Positions 1-9,807 of a stretch of DNA of 64,000 nt are shown here, piece by piece. Every line of letters begins with the position of its first letter. Position 1 is the first letter of the stretch. The stretch spans positions 372,001 to 436,000 of IMG/VR virus record IMGVR_UViG_3300034072_000758; one strand, 5' to 3'. The notes under the pieces were generated by a model. The model did not search any database. It was not told where the DNA came from and was given only the letters and a program-made list of their open reading frames with translations. A program made the translations under genes and the position numbers.

Positions 1-39
1 CCGATTGTTATATTTCAATTAAATGAAGATAATCTTCCT

Positions 40-1578
40 TTGATTGATCCGGTTCCTACTACTACTTCGAGTAGTTTCTATCCAAATTTGATGTCTCGTT
101 TTTCGTTCACCGCGAAAAATTATTATTTTGAACTGTACAAAATCAATCATGATTTCAAAATTGGTGATCTTATTTCTGCTGATCCAGCCGGGTCGTCTTT
201 TCAAAAAACCAGCCCCGATTATCCGCATATTATCGGAGAGGTGACTTACACCTCCAACGGATCGAGTGTTTTTTTGGTCGATCCGTTTCAACAGATCAAT
301 GAAGATTTCGATTCGTTAATTGGTGATGTGGGCCAAGTCATTTATGCTAATGCTTCGGACGCTGGTGGAATGTCCCTTATGGGTAACCTTCCGGTCATGA
401 TTAAGCTTAGAAATAACACTAATTCTTTCGTGATTGGAAGTGGTTCCTCAACTGATGCCGGTGGTATCGTTAAACTAAATGGTATTTCGACTTCGGTTGG
501 TGATGGTTCGGCATCCGATTTTGTTTCGTATGTCAATGCTAATACGAATTTACATGGATGTGTGGCTTCTCTTCTCGCATCCCCTACAGTTATTTCCTCT
601 GATCCTTCGCAGTTGGGATATGGTGAACCAGCTTTTTACATCACGGGTGGGAATTATCCGGTCGCATCTATCAATGGTGTAAATGTTACATTTACTACCA
701 CAACTGTTGGCGAAGCGTCATACGGGGATACTTATGCGCTGGAAGAAGATTTGGCGACCGACATCAATGCCGCTAATATTCCGTTTATTGTGGCTTCCAC
801 GGAAATGAATAAATTGAAAATCAGTAATACTGATGGTGGTCCAATTGATATTGTAAACATCACTCCCGATTCTAGTGGCTACCATTTTGCTGGTACAGCT
901 TCGGCATCTGGTCTTCCGCTTTCTACCCCAGCGAATACAAGTAGCGGGATGATTCGCTTGGATGCGGTCGATGCTCGCGCTATCAACGTGTATGACGAAA
1001 TTGGTACAGCAGTAGATGATTTCGGATTGTATAGTTCTGAAAACGGTATCAAAGCTGCTGGTATTGTTATCGAGCAAGGTCTTCGCACTTCATCTAGCTA
1101 TGTTGTGACGAACATTCCGGCCCGCGATTCTTTGAATGCGGTTTTTGGTGACATATGTTTCGTAACAGATAAAGGTAACTCGGAGTGGGGCTACTATATC
1201 TATACTCTTGCGTCAGAGTGGGTGAAATTCGCAGATAAGGATTCCGCCGCAACAGATGCGCAATCTCTCGAAATCGAGATCGACGCTGAGAGTGATTTAG
1301 AGGGTCTGATCGCCGTGGTTTCAAACGGAAGCGGTATCAATATGGTCACGGTCAAAGTAATAGAAGCTTTTGACGCACCAGCAACCGTATCGGTAGGAGA
1401 CGACATAAACAACGTGAGATTAATGGATGTATCTCTCAATGATCTGACCGTTATTTCTGAATATTCATACACGCCATCATATCATTATACAACTGGTGGT
1501 GACACCAATATCAACTATTACTTGAACTTAAATGGTGCGACTACTGGTCGCGCAAAAATATCGATTTCTTACTCATAA
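40..1578 (+). CDS. Virion structural protein (fibre/baseplate-like, beta-rich); true start may lie upstream of the window
   Basis: 512-aa G/S/T/N-rich ORF; C-terminal ~100 aa (VTVKVIEAFD..ATVSVG) resembles the C-terminus of the next gene. Confidence 0.55.
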   Translation: MIDPVPTTTSSSFYPNLMSRFSFTAKNYYFELYKINHDFKIGDLISADPAGSSFQKTSPDYPHIIGEVTYTSNGSSVFLVDPFQQINEDFDSLIGDVGQVIYANASDAGGMSLMGNLPVMIKLRNNTNSFVIGSGSSTDAGGIVKLNGISTSVGDGSASDFVSYVNANTNLHGCVASLLASPTVISSDPSQLGYGEPAFYITGGNYPVASINGVNVTFTTTTVGEASYGDTYALEEDLATDINAANIPFIVASTEMNKLKISNTDGGPIDIVNITPDSSGYHFAGTASASGLPLSTPANTSSGMIRLDAVDARAINVYDEIGTAVDDFGLYSSENGIKAAGIVIEQGLRTSSSYVVTNIPARDSLNAVFGDICFVTDKGNSEWGYYIYTLASEWVKFADKDSAATDAQSLEIEIDAESDLEGLIAVVSNGSGINMVTVKVIEAFDAPATVSVGDDINNVRLMDVSLNDLTVISEYSYTPSYHYTTGGDTNINYYLNLNGATTGRAKISISYS

Positions 1579-1625
1579 GAATACGATTTTTTCTAAGTCT
1601 GTAGTTAATAAAAACGACTTTCTCC

Positions 1626-1632
1626 ATAAATA
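1626..1632 (+). promoter_or_regulatory. Candidate T4-like late promoter (ATAAATA)
   Basis: Motif 68 nt upstream of the fibre gene; the same motif occurs before other probable late genes. Confidence 0.5.
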
Positions 1633-1699
1633 CTGGTGCCTGAATTTTGGTTAATAGTTAACCAACACTTTAGTTTCAAACACCCTATAGGAGATACGT

Positions 1700-4600
1700 A
1701 TGTCTAATTTTAAAAATTTTGGACTTACAGGTGTCAGCAACGATGTTCAGTTTGGTAAAGGCGGCGCGCGCCTTACACAAATCAACGGGACATTTGCGGC
1801 AAAGAACGCTCAAGGTAACGCATTCGTAAGATTGCAAGTTGCCGAAGGTAATGCCGCTGAGGATGCTGTAACCGTAAGCCAACTGTCGAACGCAATTGCG
1901 AACGTCACAAGCCTCAATGATGGTCTTCAAGCCGAAATCGATGCTATTGAACTTGGCGCTGGTCTGAACACAGACGGCACATATTCGGCCCCGGTTTCGT
2001 CCAATTATCTGGAAAACGCAACCAGCCTCCGTGACGCTGATTCGCTTTTGGACGCCGCTCTCAAGTCGAACGTTGACGCTGTTTATACACGTCTCGATTC
2101 GGCAGACGCAAACACTACCGCTCTGTCCGGTAACGTAACTGCCCTAGAAGGCGATGTCGCCGCTCTGGAAGGCCGCGTTGACACAGTTGAAACAGACCTT
2201 GCTACATTGGAATCTGATCTGGCTGCTGAGACCTCCGCTCGTGAAGCCGCTGATCTGGCTATCAATTCGAACGTTTCGGCTGTTGCTGCTAACGTAGCCG
2301 CTGTTGCTTCGGGCCTGTCAAACACCAACGCAAACGTTTCCGCTCTGGAAGGTCGTGTAGTCACAGCCGAAGGCGACATCGACGCTCTCGAAACACGCAT
2401 GACAGCCGTCGAAGCCAACACTTCCGGCATCGCCGACCGTGTTGACGCTCTGGAAGCTAACGTCACAACACTTCAAGGTGATGTTTCCGCTCTGGAAATC
2501 GATCTGGCTGCTGAGACCTCCGCTCGTGAAGCCGCTGATCTGGCTATCAATTCGAACGTTTCGGCTGTTGCTGCTAACGTATCGGCTCTCCAAAGCGACG
2601 TTGCTGATCTGGAAGCTGGTCTGGCACAAGAAATCCTCGACCGTACCGCTGCGGATGATGCTCTGGAACTGGCTCTGGCCAATACAGATGCAAACGTTGC
2701 TACACTGTCGGGTTCCCTGTCGAACACCAACGCTAACGTAGCCGCTCTGGCTGCTAACGCTGTTCTTAAGGACGGTTCGGTTGCCTTCACTGGCGCTCTG
2801 AACATGGGTAACCACCTGATCTCGAACGTGGCTGAACCAGTATCCGCTCAGGACGCTGCTACAAAGAACTACGTCGATGGTAAGGTTGCTGGTCTGGGTA
2901 ACGCTTTTGACTACAAAGGCACAATCGACGCAGAAGGCGGTATCGACGCTGATACAGACACACAGTTTGATCTCGGTCGTGAAGCTGGTGACTACTATAA
3001 GATTGCCGTTGCTGGTGAAGTTACATCCGGCGCTGTCACAATCTTCTTCAACGTAGGCGACGGTCTGGTTTGGAACATTGCTGGTGGTATCGATAAGATC
3101 GACAACACTGATTCGGTTGTTCTCGGAACTGCTGGTCAGATTGAAGTTTCTGGTACAACAGACGTAGGCTTTACCGTTTCTATCGATGGTGATTATACTG
3201 CCGCTCGTCAACAAGAAGTTTCTGACGAAGCTAACGCTCGTGTCGCCGCCGATGGTATTCTGACACAAGCTATTTCCGACGAAGCTAACACCCGCGCTGC
3301 TGCTGATACTCTGATCAACAACGCCATCGACGCTGTTGAAGCTGATCTGGCTAACACCAACGCTAACGTAGCGGTCGTTGTTTCCAATCTGGCCAACACA
3401 GACGCAAACGTTGCCGCTCTGGATGGTCGTGTAGACACTGCCGAAGCCGACATCAACGCTCTGGAACTGGCTCTGGCCAACACAGACGCAAACGTTGCCG
3501 CTCTGGATGGTCGTCTGACAGCAGTTGAAGCCAACACAACCGGCATTGCTGGTCGTGTTGACGCTCTGGAAGCTAATTCGGTAATCCTGTTCTCGAATGT
3601 TGCCGCTCTGGAAGCCGCTGATACAGCAATCAATGCCAACGTTGCCGCTCTGGCCGCTGATCTGGCTAATACCAATGCTGATCTGGCTACTCTGGAAGGC
3701 CGCGTTGACACTGTTGAAACAGACCTCGCCACACTGGAAGGTCGTGTTGATACAGCCGAAGCCGACATCAACGCTCTGGAAGCTGCTGACGTTCTGATCA
3801 ATTCGAACGTAACGGCTCTGACCGGAACTGTTTCGGACCTTCAAGATGAAGTTGACGCAACACAAGCGGGTGCTGGTCTGGCAACAGACGGTTCATATGT
3901 TGTGCCAACAGGTACAACTTATATCAACAACACAACATCGCTCGCCAATGCCACTCTGGCTCTGGACGTTGCTGTTGCTAACGTTGCGCAAGCTCTCGAA
4001 AACCTCCAACAAGACGAAATCATTTCGCTCGATACTTTCACATCGGTTAAGGCTGCTAACACAGGCACACAGTTCAACGGAAACGTTGACGGTACTAAGA
4101 CCCTCGTTGGTGAAGTTCTGGCCGGTGCGGCGACAGACTCCAAGTTCGTTCTTGACACAAGAACTGCTGGTGAAATCGCTATCTCGGCTGTTTCTAACAC
4201 TGCCACAGACGTTGATCTGCGACTGGTTGCGCAAGGCGCTGGTCACGTAATCATCGGCGAAACAGGCGTTGGTTTCATCCAAGCCGACGATGGCTACGAC
4301 ATGACCGTTGCTGGTGGTGTTGGTGCTGATCTGAATCTCTTGGGCGCTGCCGTAAAGATCGGTTCGGAAGATGGAACATCGGTTGCTGAGTTCGTCGGTA
4401 CAAACGGCGCTGCTACAAAGGTAACTGTAACCAACGGCAACACTGCTGTTACTTTCGCTGCTACTGGCGCAACAAACACAGACCTCGTATTTGCTCCTTC
4501 GGGAACAGGTTCGGTCAATGTTTCGAACGCTAAGATCACAGGCGTTGCTAACGCTGTTGCTACCACAGACGCAGTAAACAAGGGTCAACTGGATACAGCG

Positions 4601-4942
4601 GTCGCCGCTTCTCAAGTTGGTTCCCTGCGCACTGTAGTTGCTTCGCTCACAGAAGTTGACGGCACAGTTGACATCGGCGTTGTTCTCGGAACAGTCGTTC
4701 GTATCAAGGTTCTGGTAACTGGTGCTTTCGGTTCGGGTACAACTATCACAGTTGGTTCGGACGCTGGTACAGCTAACGAACTCGCAACTGCTTCGGACAT
4801 CGATGAAGCTGCCGCTGGTGTTTACATCATCGAAACAGTTAAACAATACCTGTCGTCTTCGACAATCCAAGCAACAATCACCAACTCTACTCTGTCGGGT
4901 ACTGGTGCTGCTAAGGTTATCGTTGAGTACATCGCTGAGTAA
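1700..4942 (+). CDS. Long trimeric coiled-coil fibre protein (tail/head whisker-like)
   Basis: 1080 aa; heptad repeats (ANVAALEGRVDTAEADINALE); DAATKNYVD and DAVNKGQLD neck-like motifs; GGAG RBS; strong codon bias; followed by a terminator. Confidence 0.75.
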   Translation: MSNFKNFGLTGVSNDVQFGKGGARLTQINGTFAAKNAQGNAFVRLQVAEGNAAEDAVTVSQLSNAIANVTSLNDGLQAEIDAIELGAGLNTDGTYSAPVSSNYLENATSLRDADSLLDAALKSNVDAVYTRLDSADANTTALSGNVTALEGDVAALEGRVDTVETDLATLESDLAAETSAREAADLAINSNVSAVAANVAAVASGLSNTNANVSALEGRVVTAEGDIDALETRMTAVEANTSGIADRVDALEANVTTLQGDVSALEIDLAAETSAREAADLAINSNVSAVAANVSALQSDVADLEAGLAQEILDRTAADDALELALANTDANVATLSGSLSNTNANVAALAANAVLKDGSVAFTGALNMGNHLISNVAEPVSAQDAATKNYVDGKVAGLGNAFDYKGTIDAEGGIDADTDTQFDLGREAGDYYKIAVAGEVTSGAVTIFFNVGDGLVWNIAGGIDKIDNTDSVVLGTAGQIEVSGTTDVGFTVSIDGDYTAARQQEVSDEANARVAADGILTQAISDEANTRAAADTLINNAIDAVEADLANTNANVAVVVSNLANTDANVAALDGRVDTAEADINALELALANTDANVAALDGRLTAVEANTTGIAGRVDALEANSVILFSNVAALEAADTAINANVAALAADLANTNADLATLEGRVDTVETDLATLEGRVDTAEADINALEAADVLINSNVTALTGTVSDLQDEVDATQAGAGLATDGSYVVPTGTTYINNTTSLANATLALDVAVANVAQALENLQQDEIISLDTFTSVKAANTGTQFNGNVDGTKTLVGEVLAGAATDSKFVLDTRTAGEIAISAVSNTATDVDLRLVAQGAGHVIIGETGVGFIQADDGYDMTVAGGVGADLNLLGAAVKIGSEDGTSVAEFVGTNGAATKVTVTNGNTAVTFAATGATNTDLVFAPSGTGSVNVSNAKITGVANAVATTDAVNKGQLDTAVAASQVGSLRTVVASLTEVDGTVDIGVVLGTVVRIKVLVTGAFGSGTTITVGSDAGTANELATASDIDEAAAGVYIIETVKQYLSSSTIQATITNSTLSGTGAAKVIVEYIAE
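2216..2581 (+). repeat. Exact 81-bp direct repeat (2216-2296 and 2501-2581) inside the fibre gene
   Basis: Both copies encode DLAAETSAREAADLAINSNVSAVAANV. Confidence 0.9.
3388..3514 (+). repeat. Exact 43-bp direct repeat (3388-3430 and 3472-3514) inside the fibre gene
   Basis: Both copies encode LANTDANVAALDGR. Confidence 0.9.
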
Positions 4943-4969
4943 TCAGTAATATACAAGACTAAAAACACT

Positions 4970-4999
4970 AAGGACTGTGCTTCGGCACAGTCCTTTTTT
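4970..4999 (+). terminator. Intrinsic terminator
   Basis: AAGGACTGTGC-TTCG-GCACAGTCCTT plus T-run. Confidence 0.9.
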
Positions 5000-5034
5000 A
5001 TTGATCTAAAGTAAAATTCTTTAATTTCAGTGGG

Positions 5035-5062
5035 TTGACAGCATTCTTATATGTGATATAAT
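5035..5062 (+). promoter_or_regulatory. Sigma70-type early promoter
   Basis: TTGACA-16-TATAAT. Confidence 0.8.
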
Positions 5063-5111
5063 GGTGTCTGTAGTGGTGAATACCATTCTTTCTAATTTGG
5101 GAAGTAATAAT

Positions 5112-5636
5112 ATGAAAAGAGAACGCGATTCTCAGCGCTCTAAGCTTTATAAAGCCGAAGGGGTATTAGGGAAATATTCTAAACGTCTCGAAACTGTACC
5201 GCAGATAGAGCGTTATGTAAAAAAGGTCAGTGAGAAAGCCACCATCCAGCGTCGATATAAGCGTTTCTTGACGAGAAATATTATTGTGCGAGACGGGCGA
5301 GGTCGTCTCAGTGCTGGGGGTGACTATTCTGGAATTTGGATGCCGGTATGGTCTCGCACGGAATATCTGGTACTTCACGAATTGTCTCACACGCTTACTC
5401 AGCGAAAATACGGCCAGAAAGTCGCCGGTCATGGTTGGCAATATGCGGCGATCTATCTGGACCTTGTTCGTTTTGCATTGGGTGTAGAAGCGTTCGAATC
5501 TCTCAAAGAAAGTTTCAAAAAACATAAGGTTCGTTTCTCGGAAAAGAAAACTCGTCAGATTACAGATGAGCAACGCAAAGTTCTTATCGAACGAATGGCA
5601 AAGGCGCGCGAAGCAAAAGGGAAAAAGGCGGCGTAA
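5112..5636 (+). CDS. Putative zincin-like metalloprotease (HExxH)
   Basis: VLHELSH motif followed by GHG..Y/F; start set at ATG 5112 after the promoter. Confidence 0.5.
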   Translation: MKRERDSQRSKLYKAEGVLGKYSKRLETVPQIERYVKKVSEKATIQRRYKRFLTRNIIVRDGRGRLSAGGDYSGIWMPVWSRTEYLVLHELSHTLTQRKYGQKVAGHGWQYAAIYLDLVRFALGVEAFESLKESFKKHKVRFSEKKTRQITDEQRKVLIERMAKAREAKGKKAA

Positions 5637-5647
5637 GCCGTCTTTTT
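5622..5647 (+). terminator. Intrinsic terminator
   Basis: AAAAAGGCGGC-GTAA-GCCGTCTTTTT. Confidence 0.8.
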
Positions 5648-5693
5648 CATAAATATATACATAGTATTAAAAGGAAAATGGATCAATAGGATA

Positions 5694-6269
5694 ATGGAAT
5701 TAAAGCTTATCAGCCTTGTTGAACTGCCACTGGAAGTCATGAAAGACTGGTATTCCTGTGTAAAGATGTATGCACCGGAAGGATGTATATCGACGGTACA
5801 GAAGAAAACTCCAACGGGGTATAAGGATGTTTGCCTTGCGGTCAAGCGTATTGGTGATAAGTTTGAATACGTAATCGCATTAACCCGCAATCTCTCCGAA
5901 GAGGAAGTCGAAGAGATCATCGAAAACTTCGATTACAACGGGGATTATTCCATTGAATCATCGTCCGATCCAATTCAATCTCTGACGATGGACGAAGACA
6001 ATTACGAGCATATCTGTACCCAGATGGCTAAACATCGCCACGAGAAGTGGGTAAGAGAGCGTATAGAAGATGGCTGGCGATATGGCCCAGCTATGAGCTT
6101 GAAGAACAAGACTTCGCCTCTTCTTAAGCCGTGGCATGAATTATCAGACGAGCATAAGACCGTTGATCGTGATGAACCAGAACAGATCATAAAGATGCTG
6201 GCCGACAACGGCTATTATGTGATCAGTAAACACGAACTTGAAGGTATTAAAGCTCTGTTGAGGCTCTGA
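5694..6269 (+). CDS. RyR-repeat domain protein
   Basis: MAKHRHEKWVRERIEDGWRYGP...TSPLLKPWHELSDEHK matches the RyR repeat pattern; ATAAATA at 5649-5655. Confidence 0.65.
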   Translation: MELKLISLVELPLEVMKDWYSCVKMYAPEGCISTVQKKTPTGYKDVCLAVKRIGDKFEYVIALTRNLSEEEVEEIIENFDYNGDYSIESSSDPIQSLTMDEDNYEHICTQMAKHRHEKWVRERIEDGWRYGPAMSLKNKTSPLLKPWHELSDEHKTVDRDEPEQIIKMLADNGYYVISKHELEGIKALLRL

Positions 6270-6313
6270 TATTTAAATTGAAAGTAAATTCGTTCATATG
6301 TTATGGTTAATCC

Positions 6314-7660
6314 ATGAACGAGATTTTGAACATCATAGCCGCCCTCGAAGCTACCACAAAACGTAGTGACAAAGATCAAATCCTCATGGATGCCTTCATG
6401 TCGAAGAACTACCAGTTCTTCATTGGCCTCCAATATGCTTATGACAGTATGATCACGTTCGGCGTCAAAAAAGTCCCTCTGATAGAAGATACCGAAGAGA
6501 TCGAAGGAACTCTGACATTTGATCAGTTCATTGCTCTTTGTGACCAATTAGCCGCGCGCAAACTTACAGGAAACGCAGCAAAGACAGCGATCAACAACGC
6601 GGCTATGGCTTGTGACGCGAATCTCTGGAACAATTTCTTCCGCCGCATCTTGTTGAAGGATATGCGCTGTGGAATCGATGTGAGTTCGATCAACAAGGTG
6701 CTGACGAAACTTTCCATATCCGGGGGTGATCGTTTCCTTGTTCCCACCTTCGAATGTCAATCGGGGTATGACGTAAATAAGCATCCAAAGAAAATGGTCG
6801 GTCAGAAAATGATCGACACTAAGATGGATGGTGCTCGCTGCTTGGCGGTAATCGATCCGGTGAATATGACGGCAAAGCTCTATACGCGCACCGGTAATGA
6901 CATCGTAAATTACCCACATATCGAACGCGCGCTATTAAATCATTTCGCGCCCGCCTTTGACCAGAAGATCGTATTGGATGGCGAACTTATGGCTGACACG
7001 TTCAAAGGTGTCATGGAACAACTGAATCGAAAAAAGAATGTAGATACGTCCACTTCTCGATACTGTGTGTTTGACATCATCCCTTATGATCATTTCGCCA
7101 AGGGACAGTCGCCCATTACACAAATCGAACGTCACCAGATGCTTATGGCACTCCATGAACAATTCACGTCCAGCGGGGGCGTCGTGTCCCTCACGCCGAA
7201 GATGATGATCAATCTGGACACCGAAGAAGGCCGACTGGCTCTGAAAGAGTACAACAAGACCGTGCTGGAAAATGGTTTTGAAGGCGTTATGATCAAAGAC
7301 CCATTCGCGCCATATATTTGTAAAAAGAACACAAATTGGCTCAAGCTCAAGCCATTTATTGAGGTGAGTCTGAAAGTTGTAGGTCTTCTCGATGGCGACG
7401 AAAATAAAAAATTCAGCGATGTAGTTGGATCACTCGTGTGTGAGGGCGAAGACGAAGGTGTGTTTTATAAAGCGCAAGTCAGCAGCGGTATTTCCGAGGA
7501 AGAACGTGCTTTATGGAAAGCCGATCCTAATTTAGTGCTTGGACTTGTCGCAGAAATAATTGCGATGGAGTCGGACTTTGTTGAAAAAGGTAATTATTAC
7601 TCTTTGCGTCATCCTCGTTTGAAAGGATTTCGAGGATTTAAGAAGGGTGAAAAAATATAA
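6314..7660 (+). CDS. lig: ATP-dependent DNA ligase
   Basis: KMDGAR (motif I), LDGEL, EGVMIK, WLKLK motifs; C-terminal OB fold (SLRHPR). Confidence 0.95.
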   Translation: MNEILNIIAALEATTKRSDKDQILMDAFMSKNYQFFIGLQYAYDSMITFGVKKVPLIEDTEEIEGTLTFDQFIALCDQLAARKLTGNAAKTAINNAAMACDANLWNNFFRRILLKDMRCGIDVSSINKVLTKLSISGGDRFLVPTFECQSGYDVNKHPKKMVGQKMIDTKMDGARCLAVIDPVNMTAKLYTRTGNDIVNYPHIERALLNHFAPAFDQKIVLDGELMADTFKGVMEQLNRKKNVDTSTSRYCVFDIIPYDHFAKGQSPITQIERHQMLMALHEQFTSSGGVVSLTPKMMINLDTEEGRLALKEYNKTVLENGFEGVMIKDPFAPYICKKNTNWLKLKPFIEVSLKVVGLLDGDENKKFSDVVGSLVCEGEDEGVFYKAQVSSGISEEERALWKADPNLVLGLVAEIIAMESDFVEKGNYYSLRHPRLKGFRGFKKGEKI

Positions 7661-7734
7661 CGTTTCTTAACAATTTTCTTATTGCGGCGGGCTTCATCTT
7701 TATGATACGGTTACGTTAACCATAATTATAGAGT

Positions 7735-8325
7735 ATGCGTATGTCCTCAGTCTCACAAGCCGAACAGACCCCCGCCAAGTATGGAGTTGTGATTACAAAG
7801 AAGTTCTACAAGGATTTCAAAATTGAGCCTACGAGTCGGTTGTTCTACGGCAAGTTTCCATATCGTATAGAATACGTAAGTCGTCACACCTATTTGACGC
7901 CGCAAGGTGATAAAGAAATATATCACCAAAATAGAAGCAAATATTTCAAGAATGTTGAGGATATGAATGCTTTCATTGCTGAATATTCTCCACGCCGCAC
8001 GTTACACAAGTTTAAGGTCATAAATGTGCCGATCTCGGAAAAGCATATGACCGCTCTCAAATCTCCCAATAAAGATCATTTGAATAAAGTCGTATATCGA
8101 CAGACATATTTTCTACGGGAATATAAGTATTGCTGGGAGCTTCGCCGCGAAGTAACCGAGCTTCAACGAAATCTACTCAATGAAAAGTACCCGGAACTTG
8201 TAGTGAGTTCTCGAAACTTATTCGCTAAAATTTCCCTAGATGACGATATGCACGTGTTCCTTGAAGTAGCAGGAATGCGAGTGAAACAAGTAACAGAAGT
8301 AATCCTTATAGAGGAAGTCGCGTAA
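7735..8325 (+). CDS. Hypothetical protein
   Basis: 196-aa ORF in a co-directional operon. Confidence 0.6.
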   Translation: MRMSSVSQAEQTPAKYGVVITKKFYKDFKIEPTSRLFYGKFPYRIEYVSRHTYLTPQGDKEIYHQNRSKYFKNVEDMNAFIAEYSPRRTLHKFKVINVPISEKHMTALKSPNKDHLNKVVYRQTYFLREYKYCWELRREVTELQRNLLNEKYPELVVSSRNLFAKISLDDDMHVFLEVAGMRVKQVTEVILIEEVA

Positions 8326-8679
8326 ATGACAAAGCTTAATACAAAAATCGTTCGCCAACTGGTTTCATCTGGCGACATTCGTTTGAATACCGAAATTGAA
8401 GCTACCTATAGTGTGGCTGATTTGTCTGGACTTCCTGTAGCGACTTCGACCGGACGCTTCCGGGTACAAACTATTAAGATTATTAACGAGATCGCATACA
8501 TTCATTGCTTAGACCCTGATTCCAAGACACATAAAATCATTGCCGAAAACGTACTATCCATAGACGGTATGGATGTATCCCGGTTCGTTAATTCAAGTTT
8601 CAACAGTAACGTCCAGTCTTCAATCATCACCGCACCGCGTAAGCGCGGTCGGCCAAGAAAGAATGCTATCAATGGCTGA
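8326..8679 (+). CDS. Hypothetical protein with C-terminal AT-hook
   Basis: PRKRGRPRK motif. Confidence 0.55.
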   Translation: MTKLNTKIVRQLVSSGDIRLNTEIEATYSVADLSGLPVATSTGRFRVQTIKIINEIAYIHCLDPDSKTHKIIAENVLSIDGMDVSRFVNSSFNSNVQSSIITAPRKRGRPRKNAING

Positions 8680-8926
8680 TAATATCATTGATAGCCCAAT
8701 ACTTCGTATCACCAAAGATTACGAAAAAAGACTTCGAGCAAAGCAAAAAGAGATTGATGATCTCCAAACAAAGATTAATACTGTTCGCGGTATTAATGAA
8801 ATGCTTAAGCTTGAAATTTTAAACTTGGAGAATACTATTATGAATTTGAATAATTCCGTAGTACAAGCCACCGAACACGTCAAAAAATTAAAGAATAATC
8901 TACCAGAAGACCTTGATAATATTTGA
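8672..8926 (+). CDS. Small coiled-coil protein
   Basis: Heptad-like sequence; start moved to ATG 8672, overlapping the upstream gene end. Confidence 0.55.
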   Translation: MADNIIDSPILRITKDYEKRLRAKQKEIDDLQTKINTVRGINEMLKLEILNLENTIMNLNNSVVQATEHVKKLKNNLPEDLDNI

Positions 8927-8950
8927 TCCCTCTGTTAGAATAGCAGTATT

Positions 8951-9535
8951 ATGATGGGTGATACATTAGTTCTTAACACGGATGGCCAGCCGGTGAGCGT
9001 TACGCCACTGTCCGTCATGACGTGGCAAGATGCTATCAAGTCTATCTGGATTGGTAGCGTAAAAGTAGTTGAAGAATACGACGATTGGGTTGTTCGCAGC
9101 CCGTCGATGACCATGCGCGTCCCTTCGGTCGTCATGACCAAGTATTATATCGACGTGAAAAAGTCTGTCGGTTACAAGAAGGAAAATATCTTCCTTCGTG
9201 ACCACTATCAGTGTCAGTATTGCCATAAGAAGTTCCCAGAGCATCTTTTGACAATCGACCACGTACATCCTCAATCCAAGGGTGGTGCGTCGGTTTGGGA
9301 AAACGTCGCTACCTCTTGTTCGCCATGTAACAACAAGCGTGGGAACAATGGCAGTATCATGCCGTTGAACAAGCCATATCGTCCGTCTTATTACAAGCTG
9401 GTCGAACTCCGTAAACAATACCCGATTGTTGTTCCACATCAGTCTTGGGTAGATTACTTGGATTGGGACGAAAGTAAAATTAAAGTAATCGCAAGAAAAA
9501 AATCTTTCCAAAAAGATTTAATACTTGATTTTTGA
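8951..9535 (+). CDS. HNH endonuclease (McrA-like)
   Basis: RDHYQCQYC...TIDHVHPQSKGG...WENVATSCSPCNNKR. Confidence 0.9.
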   Translation: MMGDTLVLNTDGQPVSVTPLSVMTWQDAIKSIWIGSVKVVEEYDDWVVRSPSMTMRVPSVVMTKYYIDVKKSVGYKKENIFLRDHYQCQYCHKKFPEHLLTIDHVHPQSKGGASVWENVATSCSPCNNKRGNNGSIMPLNKPYRPSYYKLVELRKQYPIVVPHQSWVDYLDWDESKIKVIARKKSFQKDLILDF

Positions 9536-9581
9536 GCGTCTGTTAACTATACTTAATTAATTCCTACGGAGAATTAATTAA

Positions 9582-9806
9582 ATGACAGACAATACTCAAG
9601 ACAACGTTCCGTCTTTGGAAGTCACCGATATTCAAAACGCTATCAAGATCATTGATTTTGCTTGCGATCAAGGTGCTTTCAAAGGCTGGAACGTCATTAA
9701 GCAAGTGAACGGCGTCCGCGAACGCCTCAATGCTTTCGCCGAATTTGTAGAATCGCAAAAGTCGGAAGAAGAAGCCGCTCCGCAAGCATCGTCGGAGACC
9801 GCTTAA
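9582..9806 (+). CDS. Hypothetical protein
   Basis: 74-aa ORF with GGAG RBS and strong codon bias. Confidence 0.65.
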   Translation: MTDNTQDNVPSLEVTDIQNAIKIIDFACDQGAFKGWNVIKQVNGVRERLNAFAEFVESQKSEEEAAPQASSETA

Positions 9807-9807
9807 C

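Noticed and set aside
2083-4870. Long minus-strand ORFs (515 aa, 325 aa and others) opposite the fibre gene
   Set aside because: Shadow ORFs caused by the strong codon bias and repeats of the plus-strand gene; no RBS or recognisable motifs
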